The translations under genes were made by a program, and so were the position numbers. Source: Neocallimastix sp. 'constans' (Eukaryota). From it: a stretch of 64,000 nucleotides of DNA. Where the stretch lies: assembly GCA_050613775.1 (NCBI GenBank), contig JBODTK010000001.1, positions 682,001 through 746,000 of the forward strand, read 5' to 3'. Shown one piece after another: positions 46,755 to 59,253 of the stretch; the first letter of the stretch is position 1; each line of letters begins with the position of its first letter. The notes under the pieces were generated by a model that saw only the letters and a list, made by a program, of their open reading frames with translations, did not search any database and was not told the DNA's origin.

Positions 46755-48614
46755 TTTGAATAATATAAATTAATTAATAGTATTATTTATAAGTATATAT
46801 ATATAACAAGAAAAAGTTTATTTTACAAAAATATATTTTTTTATTACAATTTTTTTATAAAAAAATTTTTATATTACAAATAATGATTAATTATGATTGA
46901 AAAAAAAAAAAAATTAACAGAATTTTCTCTCATTTTTATAAAAAAAATTTATTATTAATTTTTTTTAAATTTTTTACATATTTTTTTTGGAATTCATATA
47001 AAAATAAAAGATAAAGTTAATTAAAATTAATATTAATATTTACCATTATTCATTGTAATATAATAAATTAAGTTTTGAAAAATAAATTACTGTTACACGA
47101 GCTTTATCCAAATATAATAGTAATCCAAGATTTATTAAAATGCTTGTAATTGTCCAAGTTTTATTATAAATGTAAATTGAATTAAAAATAATTGATTTTC
47201 AAAAGTATTAATATTGTCTATATATGTACTCTTTATTTCATTGGTAAATAATATAATGTAATGAAATTTGATGGTAGAAAAAATAAATTAATATCATTAT
47301 TTTGTTCATTTTTATTGTATATGTAAATTAAAGATAAAAATATATATTAATTACCAAAAAATAAATAAATAGATATATTATAAATAAATATATAATAAAC
47401 ATTAAAGCTGCCGTTTAATATATATTTTTTAAATTTTTAAATTTCAATATTATTAACATTAATTTTTTTTTTAAAAAACTAATTAATAAAAAAATATACA
47501 TATAAATATATTAAAATACATATTTGATTTTAAAAAAAAATAAATATAAATCTTATTTACTATTTTTTTTACATTATTTCAAATAATTATATATATATAT
47601 ATAGAGAAAATAAAAAATTAATTATGTATTAATTTATGTATGAAATGTTATTTCTTGGTACTATTTTTCCTATTAGGGCGATATTTTATTATTTATTTTG
47701 CAATATAATATTTATTTAATTGACTTTCAAATTAAATGTAGTGAATTTCGGAACATGTGGAGTTTAAAATCTTTAATACATTTCTAAATAAATACTAATA
47801 ATAGTAATAATAATAAATTATAATTAATTAACTATAATAAAAAATAAAATAATAATAATAATATTAATAATAAATAAGTAACTATAATAAAGAATAATTA
47901 TAAAATAATTTAATAATCAATAATATTTAAAAGTTTTTTGACATTAAATAGAAAATTTTCATTGAGTTTTACATATTTGGTATATTAAAAAAACAAAATA
48001 ATTAATATTTAATTAAAATATAAAAGAATTATGAATTAAAAAAAGATAATTGGCCATAATATAAAAATATTTAATTATTTGTATAGTTATTATATATTAT
48101 TTAAATCAATAGGAATCAATGAAAAAGTTTTTGAAATTGTTATAAAATTAATAATTATCATTCATATATAGAAATATTAATAAAATATCATTGTAAAATT
48201 TTTTATATATGAGAAAAACCATTTATATACTAATTAAACAAATATAATAAATGCGATTTATGTCTGAAAAAAATTTTATTATTATTATTATTATTTATTT
48301 TAATGTTTTTTAATTAATATACGAATCATATAAATAAAAATATATTAATTTTTTGATTTGTTATATTACTAAAATATAATAATAACAACTAGAATTTTAT
48401 TAAAATAAAAAATAAAAACTTTTATAAGATATAATATTTTAAAAACATTAATACGGATATTAATTAAATTTGAAATAAAAAATATTGATATTAATAAGGC
48501 ATTAATTACATAATATTTATATTGATATAGATATTTATAAAATTTTAATTATATAATTTTATTGTTAAAATGTTTCAAATTTTATTAAATTAATAATAAA
48601 ATTATATAATTAAA

Positions 48615-49015
48615 ATTTTATTGTTAATATTAATAAAATTTGAACCATTTTAACTATATAATTTTATTGTTAATATAATTTGAACCATTTTAACTATATA
48701 ATTTTATTGTTAATAAAATTTGAACCATTTTAACTATATAATTTTATTGTTAATAAAATTTGAACCATTTTAACCATATAATTTTATTGTTAATAAAATT
48801 TGAACCATTTTAACCATATAATTTTATTGTTAATAAAATTTGAACCATTTTAACTATATAATTTTATTGTTAATAAAATTTGAACCATTTTAACTATATA
48901 ATTTTATTGTTAATAAAATTTGAACCATTTTAACTATATAATTTTATTGTTAATAAAATTTGAACCATTTTAACTATATAATTTTATTATTAATATTAAT
49001 ATAATTTGAACCATT
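48615..49015. repeat. 40-bp minisatellite (~9-10 copies)
   Basis: Unit ATTTTATTGTTAATAAAATTTGAACCATTTTAAC(T/C)ATATA; a partial inverted copy lies at ~48565-48588. Confidence 0.9.
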
Positions 49016-49494
49016 GCTATGTGGAATGGTTTTAATTATAATTTAATCAATAAAAAATAAAAAATAGCTAAAAAAAATATTTTATTAAGATTAATTTTAA
49101 TATATAATCTTAATTTAAAAAAAGGTTAAAATATTAAATTATTATAAATTAGTATTTTTTTTAACCTTTTTTAATTTAAGATTATATAATTAAATGAATA
49201 TTAATTTATAATAAATTAATAATTTATATCTTTAACAAATTATAACACATTATTAAATTATTCATAAGATATCTATTATGAAGGTTTAGTATATTTTGAA
49301 TTATTTTAATATACTTTTTATTATTCTTAATAGAATAAATTTATAATTTGGTAAAGATAATATAAAATATAATAAAAATATATATATATATATTATAGGT
49401 GAATAAATTTTATTTATTACTATTTATTAAAAAATATATAAAATAGAAATATTTAAAATTTTTTATATTTATATTAAAAAACTATTTTATTAGT

Positions 49495-49745
49495 TTCGAA
49501 GACGAAAAGGTCTCTAATTCTTCCTATTCATTGATGATAACTCCTTATGAATAATAATTATTTTATTGGAATCTGAATTAAAATTTCTTCTTAGTCTTAT
49601 CATTTTGACCTTGGCGCTCTTGACAACGGCAGGTCTAATGGTATACAATTGATCACAATACAAAAGTCACTAATCACAACTGCCATAATACTAGTAAGGT
49701 ATTTCACAAGCCCCATAAAATATAAAATCAAGAAGGAAGATTCCC
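49495..49745 (-). mobile_element. Dispersed repeat, probable LINE 3'-end relic abutting the M13 fragment
   Basis: Homologous to 44545-44660; minus-strand …CAAGAGCGCCAAGG… resembles the LINE C-terminal …CAAGAACGTCAATG…. Confidence 0.5.
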
Positions 49746-50477
49746 TTGAAGGTGATTAAAAAGAAAGTATTAATAAATCAAAATGAAAACGAATTGGAAA
49801 TGCCAATGCCACCACAAATAATGAATGCTTGCTACCTTCCATATTTGAATGAAATGGTTATTCCAGCCGGTATTTTACAATTCCCAATGTTTACACTAGG
49901 AGTTCCTGATTATATTAATTATGGTAGTATCGGTGCCATTATTGGCCATGAATTTAATCATGCCTTTGATAATACCGGTAAGAATTTCGATATGAAAGGT
50001 GTCTTAACGAATTGGTGGACCGATAATGATCTTGAAGAATACGAGGAATTAACCCAATGTTTTATTGACCAATACAGTCAATTTTACCTGGAAGATTTTG
50101 AAGGGGGAAAGTATTATAATGATGGTAAAATAACATTGGATGAAAATCTTGCGGATAATGGTGGATTAGCCCGTGCCTATGATTCCTGGAAACTTTCATT
50201 AATGGAAGATGCCGAAAGCGTTAAGCGAAGTAACCAAAAACTTCCCGGACTTACTCAATACACGAACGATCAATTATTCTTTATTTCTTATGGTAGTGCC
50301 TGGTGCCAAAATATTTACAGGGATGGTAAGAATTTGGATATGCTTAAATATGATAGTCACTCTATGAAGTTTGCTCGTATGAACGGCGCCATCAGTAATT
50401 CCAGAGAATTTGCTAAAGCTTTTTTCTGTCCATTAAAGTCAAAAATGAATCCTGAAAAGAAGTGTGAAATTTGGTAA
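49746..50477 (+). pseudogene. M13 (neprilysin/ECE/PepO-like) zinc metallopeptidase, C-terminal catalytic domain only
   Basis: MNACY, IPAGILQFP, NYGSIGAIIGHEFNHAFD (HExxH), ENLADNGG, MNPEKKCEIW; no N-terminal domain or upstream exons visible. Confidence 0.75.
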
Positions 50478-50956
50478 GAAGGAGAAGAAAAAGATAATTC
50501 CATAATAATAATAATAATTATAAAATAAAAATAAAATAAATAAAATAAATAAAATAAAATAACACATTAATATAAAATTGTAAATATAAAAAAAAAAAAA
50601 AAAAGGTAAAAATAAAAATAAACCAAATACGTTAAAATGTAACAAACAAATAATTAAAAATAAATAAAAATAAATATATAGTGTATGTAATATATATATT
50701 TATTATTTATTTAATTATTTCATTTTTTTTTTCTTTTTTACTTTATAAAGTAATAATTATAAATAAAGTGTTTATGAAAAAAAAATTTTTTTTTTGACAT
50801 TCGAAATTTTAAAAAACAAAAAAAAACAAAAAAAAACAAAAAAAAAAAAATTAAAAATATTAAAAAAATGAGGGGGGGTTAAATTACAAATTAAAATTTA
50901 TTTTATAAGGTACTTTCCGAAATATTACAACGTTCACTACTACTTTTAAATGTAAA

Positions 50957-53900
50957 TACCCCGAGCAGGGTGTACTCGATTTATGTATAATAAATCACCT
51001 GCAAGGGGAATCAACTTTAATCTTATAAAGTAGATCAACAGTACTGGTGCAAAATAGTAGTAAAGTTATATTTTGTATTAATTAATAACATTATGCGCAA
51101 TGGTAATGTTATTGGTAAATTTTTTTTTTTTTGGTGATCATTCACTGCAGAATATAATGGTGCATTTTTGGAACATTGTTAAATAAGTTACACCTAAGAA
51201 TAAGTAATACATTTTCATTGTATTTCTATTATCATGTAGTATTACTATTCTCATGTAAGAAACAATTGTATTCAATTGTATTTCAACTATATATTTCATG
51301 TATCACGTTGTAAGAGATTGATTCACTCTAAATCTTGTAGTAATTTATTTAACTCTTTACTAATTTTGTGCCATTATATTTCATCATTTCAATCTTAGTC
51401 ATTAAATACTTTATGATATTCAAATTAAATAATCTACTGAAAAAAGTGCTAAATCAAATTATTTTTCAATCATTCATTCAACAAACTACTAATTATCGAA
51501 ATTATTTAATTCAAAAAGATATAAAATTATTACAATTCTCATTACACTCAAGACTTTATAATAAAAACTGACTTTTATTTTTTTATTTTTTTAGTTTATT
51601 AATTTTTAGTTTTTTTTATTACTATTATGGAAATCTAATATATAAAAAATAAGAATTTCATTCTAAGAGGTTCACGGTGCCAAGGTATTCCAATGGAGAA
51701 TACGAAACTACTCTTTATTCGCGGACTTCGATCTTGGCCAGAAATCAGATTGAGAAGACATTTAAAGAAAACTCTGAAAGAATAAATATTAAGGTTTTAT
51801 CAGTTAAACGTATTGCTAATTTTAACGATGTATTTTTTAAAATTAAAATATTAGGTAATGAAGCAGAAATAACATCTATTACTAAATGTATTGTTAATAG
51901 TTTCAAACGTGCTTCAATTAATATTATTATTAATTGTAGCAAAAGGAATCATAAATATAGTTTTTCTTCTCTCAAAAGGAAACATTTTGCCTTATCAGAA
52001 AAAGTGAATTCATCATATAATATCAACTTATTCACTACTTCAATTTCAAATACAAGTTCAAGTCAAAATTTAAATTCAAGTTCAAATACAGATTCAAGTT
52101 CAAGTTCAAGTACAAGTTCAAGTACAAGTTCAAGTACAAGTTCTAATTCAAGTTTAGGTTCAATTTCAAATTTATGTTCAAATTCAGATTAAAGTTCAGA
52201 TTCAAATTCAAATTCCAGTTCAATCAATTATATAATAATTCCAATCATATTAATAACACTCAAATTAATAATAATACAGTTAAAGAATTTTCTCTAGGTG
52301 TTAGTTGGAATACTAATGGATGGAACTTTGATAAAAAAGACAGTGTTGAATTCTTTATTTCAATGTACAAACCACTTTTCTTATGCTTTCAAGAAACAGG
52401 AAAATGGTTCAGGTTCTAGCAGTAAATATCCATGTCGAGTATCATTAAAAAACTATAAACATTTCTTCAAAAAAGCTAATAATGAAATTCCCGGTAAAAG
52501 AGGACTTTATATTGGGTTTCATAATTCTTGTCAAGCTTCTCTTGAAAACAACACTTAGGAGTATATTATTTCTTTGTATACTTATAATTTTTGGAATTTC
52601 ACTAAATGTTCTATTGGTAATGTGTACGTATCTCATAGAGGCAATAGCCTTCATGCTAGAGATGCTAGAATTGAAATTTTGTCGTGGTTAAATACTTTTC
52701 TCATCCTTTCAATGTTGGTTGGTGATTTTTAATTTACCTACTGAGAAATTAGGTAATATTTTAAATAAATTAGATGCTTTAGGTATTAGAGGTAAATGTT
52801 ATCAATTTATAAAAAATCTATATTTGACTTCCAAAGCCAGTGTTAAAATTGATGATCAATATTCGGAATCTTTTAATATTATGAAAGGAGTTAGACAAGG
52901 TTATCCACTATCACCAATTCCTTTCCATCTATTTATTAATGACATTTTTAATAATTTTTTCAGAACTTGGAATTCCTTTAGGCGAATCTAAATGTTGTGG
53001 TGGACTATTTACAGATGATATTGTTCTATGCGCACCGTCAAGAACTAAGTTAAAAAAAAAATGCTTAAGAAGGTAAATGAATGGGCTAAATTTAATATGA
53101 TGAATTTTGGAATTAACAAGTGTGCAACGATGGTGATTCGACCAGGCACACCTCTTTTTCAAAATAAAAGAGAACCTACTTTTTATCTTGCTGGTCAACC
53201 AATCCCAATAACTTAATGTTATACCTATTTAGGTATACCATTTGATAAAAGCTTATCGTTGAACCTTATTATTAAATTACTTAACTCTAAAGTTACTAAA
53301 GCTCTCTTTTCTGTTAGTAAATTTCTTTCAAATTCCAAAATTCCTATTCCATTTAAGAAGATTATTAATACCTCCTATGTACTTAGTAAAGTCTCTTACT
53401 TTGCATCTTTACTTGGTTCAAATAAAGTGAGAACAAATAATACTCAGAAATTAATTAATGAAGGATTAAGATGGGTTACAGGTTTATAAAAAGCCAAATC
53501 TTTTATTAATGTATATTCTATTTCAAAAGATTTAAATATTCCTCCATTGTCAGCTAAGTGTGCTTTGTTTCAAGTCAAATGATTTGATAAATGGAAAAAT
53601 TCAAATTGTATTATTTCCTATTTAATTAATAATATTCCAAAATCTAGAAAATATTCATGGACAAAAGAAAGTAGAACTCTTAAACGTAAACTAGAGAAAA
53701 GTGGTAATAACGATTATAAAATCAAGGATTTTTATTGGAAAAGAGATATGGAAATCAATTCTATTAAAGCTGAATTTCATGACAAAAACAGATTCGAAGA
53801 AACATCAAATTTTATAAAACTTTGTTATGAATATCCTGATCTTTCATATGGTTTCTATTGGCTATTGAGAGCACGAAGCGGATATAGATTAGATACTAGA

Positions 53901-54873
53901 ATTGCTAAAGCTGCATAAATAATAGATCAAATGTGTCCTAATTTTTGTCCCTGTTGTAAAAGTAATAAACAATGGATAAAGCATTGATTAATTGATTGTC
54001 CATTTTTCAATCATATTCGTAGTAAAGTTAATGATAAAATTTTATTTTTATATAATGCTTTTAACCGTGGCAACCTAACAAATGATATTGTTAATAGTAA
54101 TAATGATAATAGCAACAGTAATAATAGTAAAAGTAATAATAGTAATAGTAATAATAGTAATAGCAATAATAGTAATAGTAATAATAGTAATAGTAATAAT
54201 AGTAATAGTTATAATAGTAATAGTAATAATAGTAATAGTAATAATAGTAATAGTAATAATAGTTATAGCAATATTAGTAATGTTAATAATAGTATTGAAA
54301 ATAATGTGTATGTCGATTCTAGTGTGTGTGAAAAAGTGTTTACTTTCCTTCTTGGAGGCAGAAGTATTAATAACAGTACAAGGGAATGGAAGGATCTATT
54401 TAAATGCCAGATTAAATCAGATGCTTATTCTGATACTCCATTCTTAGTGGTTACTGCTCTTCTTCAATCGATTAAACCTATTGCTATTGGCCAGCAATGG
54501 TCTTTGTTCAATAGGTTCAAATCGAATCGTACTACTACTACCAAGAACGTCAATGCTGAAGAAACAGTAAGATAGGCCAGCAGGGCTAGCGCAACCAATG
54601 AAGATCATAATTTCGTATCTTAAAATTATGATTAACATTGCGAAGTCAAAATTAATTATTATACTTCAGTATAATAATGCCCTTGTGAAGTCTTACAGAT
54701 ATTAATTAAATGAAACTAGAATATATTATACCATTATTTTATTTTATTTTGTGTTTTTTTTTTTTTTTGTTTATTTTCTATCTTTTTTTTTCTTTTTATT
54801 ACATGTATTTTATCGTATATTTAATTAATAAAGATGAAACAAGTTTGTTGCCGTTAAAAAAAAAAAAAAAAAA
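50957..54873 (+). mobile_element. Degenerate near-full-length non-LTR retrotransposon (APE endonuclease + RT + Cys-rich tail, poly-A end)
   Basis: SWNTNG…LCFQET and GDFN (APE); GVRQGYPLSP…LFIND and LFTDD (RT); CPNFCPCC; Asn/Ser repeat 54090-54270; A-run at 54856-54873; many stops and frameshifts and an internal deletion near 52745. Confidence 0.85.
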
Positions 54874-54966
54874 TAATTAAAAATATGGGGGGTTAAATTA
54901 CGAATTAAAATTTATTTTATAAGCCATGTTTCGAAATATAACAACATTCACTACTACTTTTAAATG

Positions 54967-55066
54967 TAAAACCAAATGTGACTTTTTCAGTATATTTTTA
55001 TTTTATTTTATTATATATATAATAAAATAAAATAAAAATATACTGAAAAAGTCACATTTGGTTTTA
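54967..55066. repeat. Perfect 100-bp palindrome
   Basis: 46-bp arms TAAAACCAAATGTGACTTTTTCAGTATA… around a self-complementary ATATATAT centre. Confidence 0.9.
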
Positions 55067-56109
55067 TATATATATATATATTTTTAGAAAAAAAATATAA
55101 CAAAATGAAAATTCATGAAATTAAAATATTTTTATTATAATAAAAAGATTAATAATAATATTTTTTAATATTTTTATTTACAAAAGTTTCCTTAACCCTT
55201 TTACATATTTTTACACATATAAAAAAAAAAGAAATGTAAAAAGAACATTTTATATTATCATCATTTAAAGAAAAAGATATATATAAAAAATTTAATTAGT
55301 AATTAAATGAAATCTTTAGAAATATGTATATTACAGTTATTATTACTATTATAACTATTTTTTTTTTTTTTTTTTTTTTACCTCCATCCACATGACCTGC
55401 TGTATCTATCTGAGGATTCGTCAAAGGCAATGCAGAAATGGGATCCAGTAGAATAAAGGCAATCATCGACGTTCATGCTCTACACAATAAAATTCTTTTA
55501 TTGATGTCTCCATCTATGTCTATGCCAAAATTATGGAAGAAGGAAATGTGCATAAGTGACATGGCCAAGGGAAGTACCCACCCCAGTCAAAATATAGACT
55601 AAAATGAAACTACGGATGCCCCTTCTCTCAAAGACCTACAGTAATTTATTGTATAAAATTACAACATAAAAGAAAAAGATTAAAAGATAAAAAGATAAAA
55701 AAAATTATTTTCTAATAATTAATTAAATAAAATATATAAAAAAATATAATTTATAATAATAATTTTAATATGAGTAAAAAAAAAAAAAAAAAAAAAAAAG
55801 CTAGTATATCTTAGTAATTATTAATTAAAATTTAAAAACTATTAACATATTATTTTTAACATATGAAAAATTAAATTCAATATTTATTATTTATTTTGTG
55901 GACGAAACACTATTCTATATATTTGTTCTATTCTATTTATTATTATTATTTTTTTTTCCGTATTATTTGTGTTACCTTATAAGATGGTTTTTTTTTAATA
56001 TATTTTTATCTTTATAGAGTGAGATATTAAAGTATAACAGTTTTAATTATCAATATAAGAAGAGAAAATTGTAGACTTTTTTTTTTTAGTTGGAATTAAT
56101 AGTTTTAAA

Positions 56110-57464
56110 CTTTATTAAAAGTAAAGTAAGTAAGCCATGACCCCATCATCAACAGTTTCAATACCTTAATTGAAAGTAAATCTTTAATTAATTTCATTTC
56201 AGGAGATTTCATCGGAACCAAAACTAGAAAGATTAGCTGCTTAGGCGGTGGCATTATATAAAATAGCTTCATCTCGATCAATGAACTTGAAAAGTATATT
56301 TCACCTTTTTCGTTAGAGTACTGAGAAAATTTAAACTTTTGAATCCATAGAATACAAGTAGAACTAGAACTATCATCAACAACATGAATTTTTTTTTTTA
56401 AAAAAATATAAGATATTATACTTATCTTACTTTGAATCATTAATAGCCTTTTCAAATTGGTTCAATAATGTTTCTAAAATAAGTTTTATAATATAAATTA
56501 AATTAATACTCTTCATTTTAAGGAATCAATTTCAATAAAAGTTGTAAATAAAAGAAGAAATAATAGGCTTTTATTACGCTCATTAGCTGCTCTAAGATGA
56601 AATAAAGATCTTTGATTAGAAGAGATATATTCATTATTCATTCTTGTACTTTTTCACTGTTTTTTTTTTTTGAATAAAATGACTAAATTAATCTATCATC
56701 GAAATCTTCATCACCTAAATGAGTATTTTTTAGCAGTAGTAGTCTTAACCTTGAAAATGTCATTTTTTAATAGTTAAACAAAAGAGAAAAAATTAAATAT
56801 ACTACCACCATCAAAATCAAAATCGAAAAAAAAAATTAAAACCTTCTCTTTTTTAACTTCAATCTTTTTATCAAGATCATAGGCAGTAATCAGTAGCAAT
56901 AAGCAATAGTAATTAACTCGTTAATGATTTCAAGAACATTAAGACCAGCATTCCGTAGTAGCTTGACAATGAATATCCATTGAAGTATGTTGTAACAAGT
57001 AATATCGGTGTTAGTAACCTTCTCATCTAGGTAAAAAGCATCAGCAATATCCTTCATTTTGGTCATCATCAAAAAGAAATCTTTTTTTTTCAGTAGTGAA
57101 ATTCTTAGTTTCACCATTTGAATTGAACTTGAATTTATAGCTTACTAGACTTTTCAATATTCTTGAAAGGCCTGTATTTCATTAAATTGAACTTCGGAAT
57201 CAGAAAAGATGACAACCAATATGTTATATTAGTATCGAAAATAGTGTTGGCTCGATTCATAGCAGCTTGATTCTTTGCGTCATCACCATTTAAACTTTTA
57301 GTAGATGTGAAAGCAACAAAAAAAAAAAAAAAAAAAAAAATGGAGGGGTACATATTCTCTTGACCTTTTGGAATAGTTTCAACCCCATCATTTTTGCCAG
57401 ACATCAACACAATAATAATAGGTAGTTTACCTTAAATTAATACCAAAAGAAGTACTATGGACAT
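56110..57464 (-). pseudogene. Degraded cytosolic Hsp70 pseudogene (ATPase domain and start of substrate-binding domain)
   Basis: Relics VAFT…GDDAKNQAAMN..NTIFD, TKMKDIADA, AGLNVLEIINE, DFDGG…HLGDEDFD, GIETV..GVM; many frameshifts. Confidence 0.85.
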
Positions 57465-57538
57465 TATATATTATATATATTTTAATGAAATTAATATATA
57501 TATAATTTATTTTATATTTTATGGTTTTCTATGCTTAA

Positions 57539-57581
<43 letters not shown>

Positions 57582-57845
57582 GACATATTTTCAAAGTATA
57601 ATGAGTAACACAGTAATAGTTTTTTTTTTTTTTTTTTTTTTTTATTTAATATATATAAGCATTAATATAAAATTAAATTTTTATATTAAAAAAATATTTA
57701 TAATATAAATTATCCATTTATTTCTAATTAAAATTAAGTATTTCTATAATAAATTAATTAATAATTAATTTATCGTTTATCTATTGATTTATATATATTT
57801 ATATATATATTTTTTTGTATTTTTTTTCTTTATTTTTTTTCTATT

Positions 57846-57882
<37 letters not shown>

Positions 57883-57926
57883 ATTAAATATTAAATAATA
57901 TATATTGAAAAGCATGATATGAAAAT

Positions 57927-58143
57927 ATGATATCTGATATTTTATTAAAACAGTTATTAAAGAAAAATAATATAATAACATGTCCTGTATGCAAAGTTAA
58001 AGAATTTAAAATAGATCGTAGAGGGGCTCTTATTTGTAAGCATGGTCATGAGTCAAAGGTAAAAATTTTCAATACACTAAATATATATATATAATTAGTA
58101 GATTTTTCATTTTAAATGATTCAAATTTAAAAAAATTATTATA

Positions 58144-58179
<36 letters not shown>

Positions 58180-59208
58180 TTTTTTTTTAAATAAAATTAA
58201 TTAAAATATCGAAAGTCATTATTAATCATTATTAAATCATTATTTTTATTATTATATCTATGTATATGTATATATATTTGTATTAAATTTAATTTAATGT
58301 ATTTTGTTTTATATATATATATTTTTTTACCCAAATTTATAATTTGAAATCTTTTAAAAACTTTGAAAATGATTATGCAAATTTAATGTATTTGTAAAAA
58401 ATAGAACTTTAGAATAGAATTATCTGAATTTGATGATATTACACTCAGTAATCGAACTATAAAATCAACGAAACAAAAATCAATAAATAATGAAGGTAAA
58501 TCAACATAGATTATTATTGTTTTATTAAAATTAAAATAATATATATATAATGAAATGTAATTTAAATTAAAAATTTAAATGTAATAAAAATTTACAATTT
58601 ATTTACTTTTTTTTTTTTTTATAATAAAATTATTTTTATGTGTAATTATAAAAGAAAATAAAAATAATGAATTATTAAATAATAAATACGAGGCTTATCA
58701 GTTTATACTGAAAGCTCAAATTAAAGTATTAATTATAAAAAAGAAATTCCCTAAAGAATATGCTGTAATTATAATTATTATAAATATTTGACATTTTTTA
58801 ATTTGAAATTAAAAATTAAAAAAAAAAAAAAAAAAAGAATTAATAATACATTAAAAAAAATCATAATTAAAAATTAATATGAAATTCAATGATTTTGAAA
58901 AAAAAAATAATAATGATAGGAAATTGTAAAATCTTTATGGATTCTTTTTGTTAATAGTTATTGTAATGCCCATGAATTATTATCTGATATTGCTGCAAGA
59001 GAAAAAGATGAAATTAAGAAATTGGAACAAAAAACATTTTTTGAAAAATATGAAAATGCGTTTTTTAATGAATTTATTAAAAATTCAAAGGCTTTACTAG
59101 TTGATAACTCTTTAATGAAATTATTAATTGTCATATTATATTTAGGTTGTATTTGGTTGAGAATGCCAATTCTTATAAGCGACTTTCATTAGTAAGTTTT
59201 AATTTAAT

Positions 59209-59253
<45 letters not shown>

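Noticed and set aside
48615..49015. CRISPR-like array
   Set aside because: Contiguous 40-bp units with no unique spacers, no cas genes, and eukaryotic context.
50957..51010. HDV-like or twister ribozyme at LINE 5' ends (also 26954-27015)
   Set aside because: Stems exist, but I could not map the nested double-pseudoknot or catalytic consensus; an Infernal/RNArobo search would decide.
54595..54640. SECIS-like element
   Set aside because: The ATGA…GA spacing does not fit the core/helix-2 geometry, and it lies in a LINE 3' UTR.
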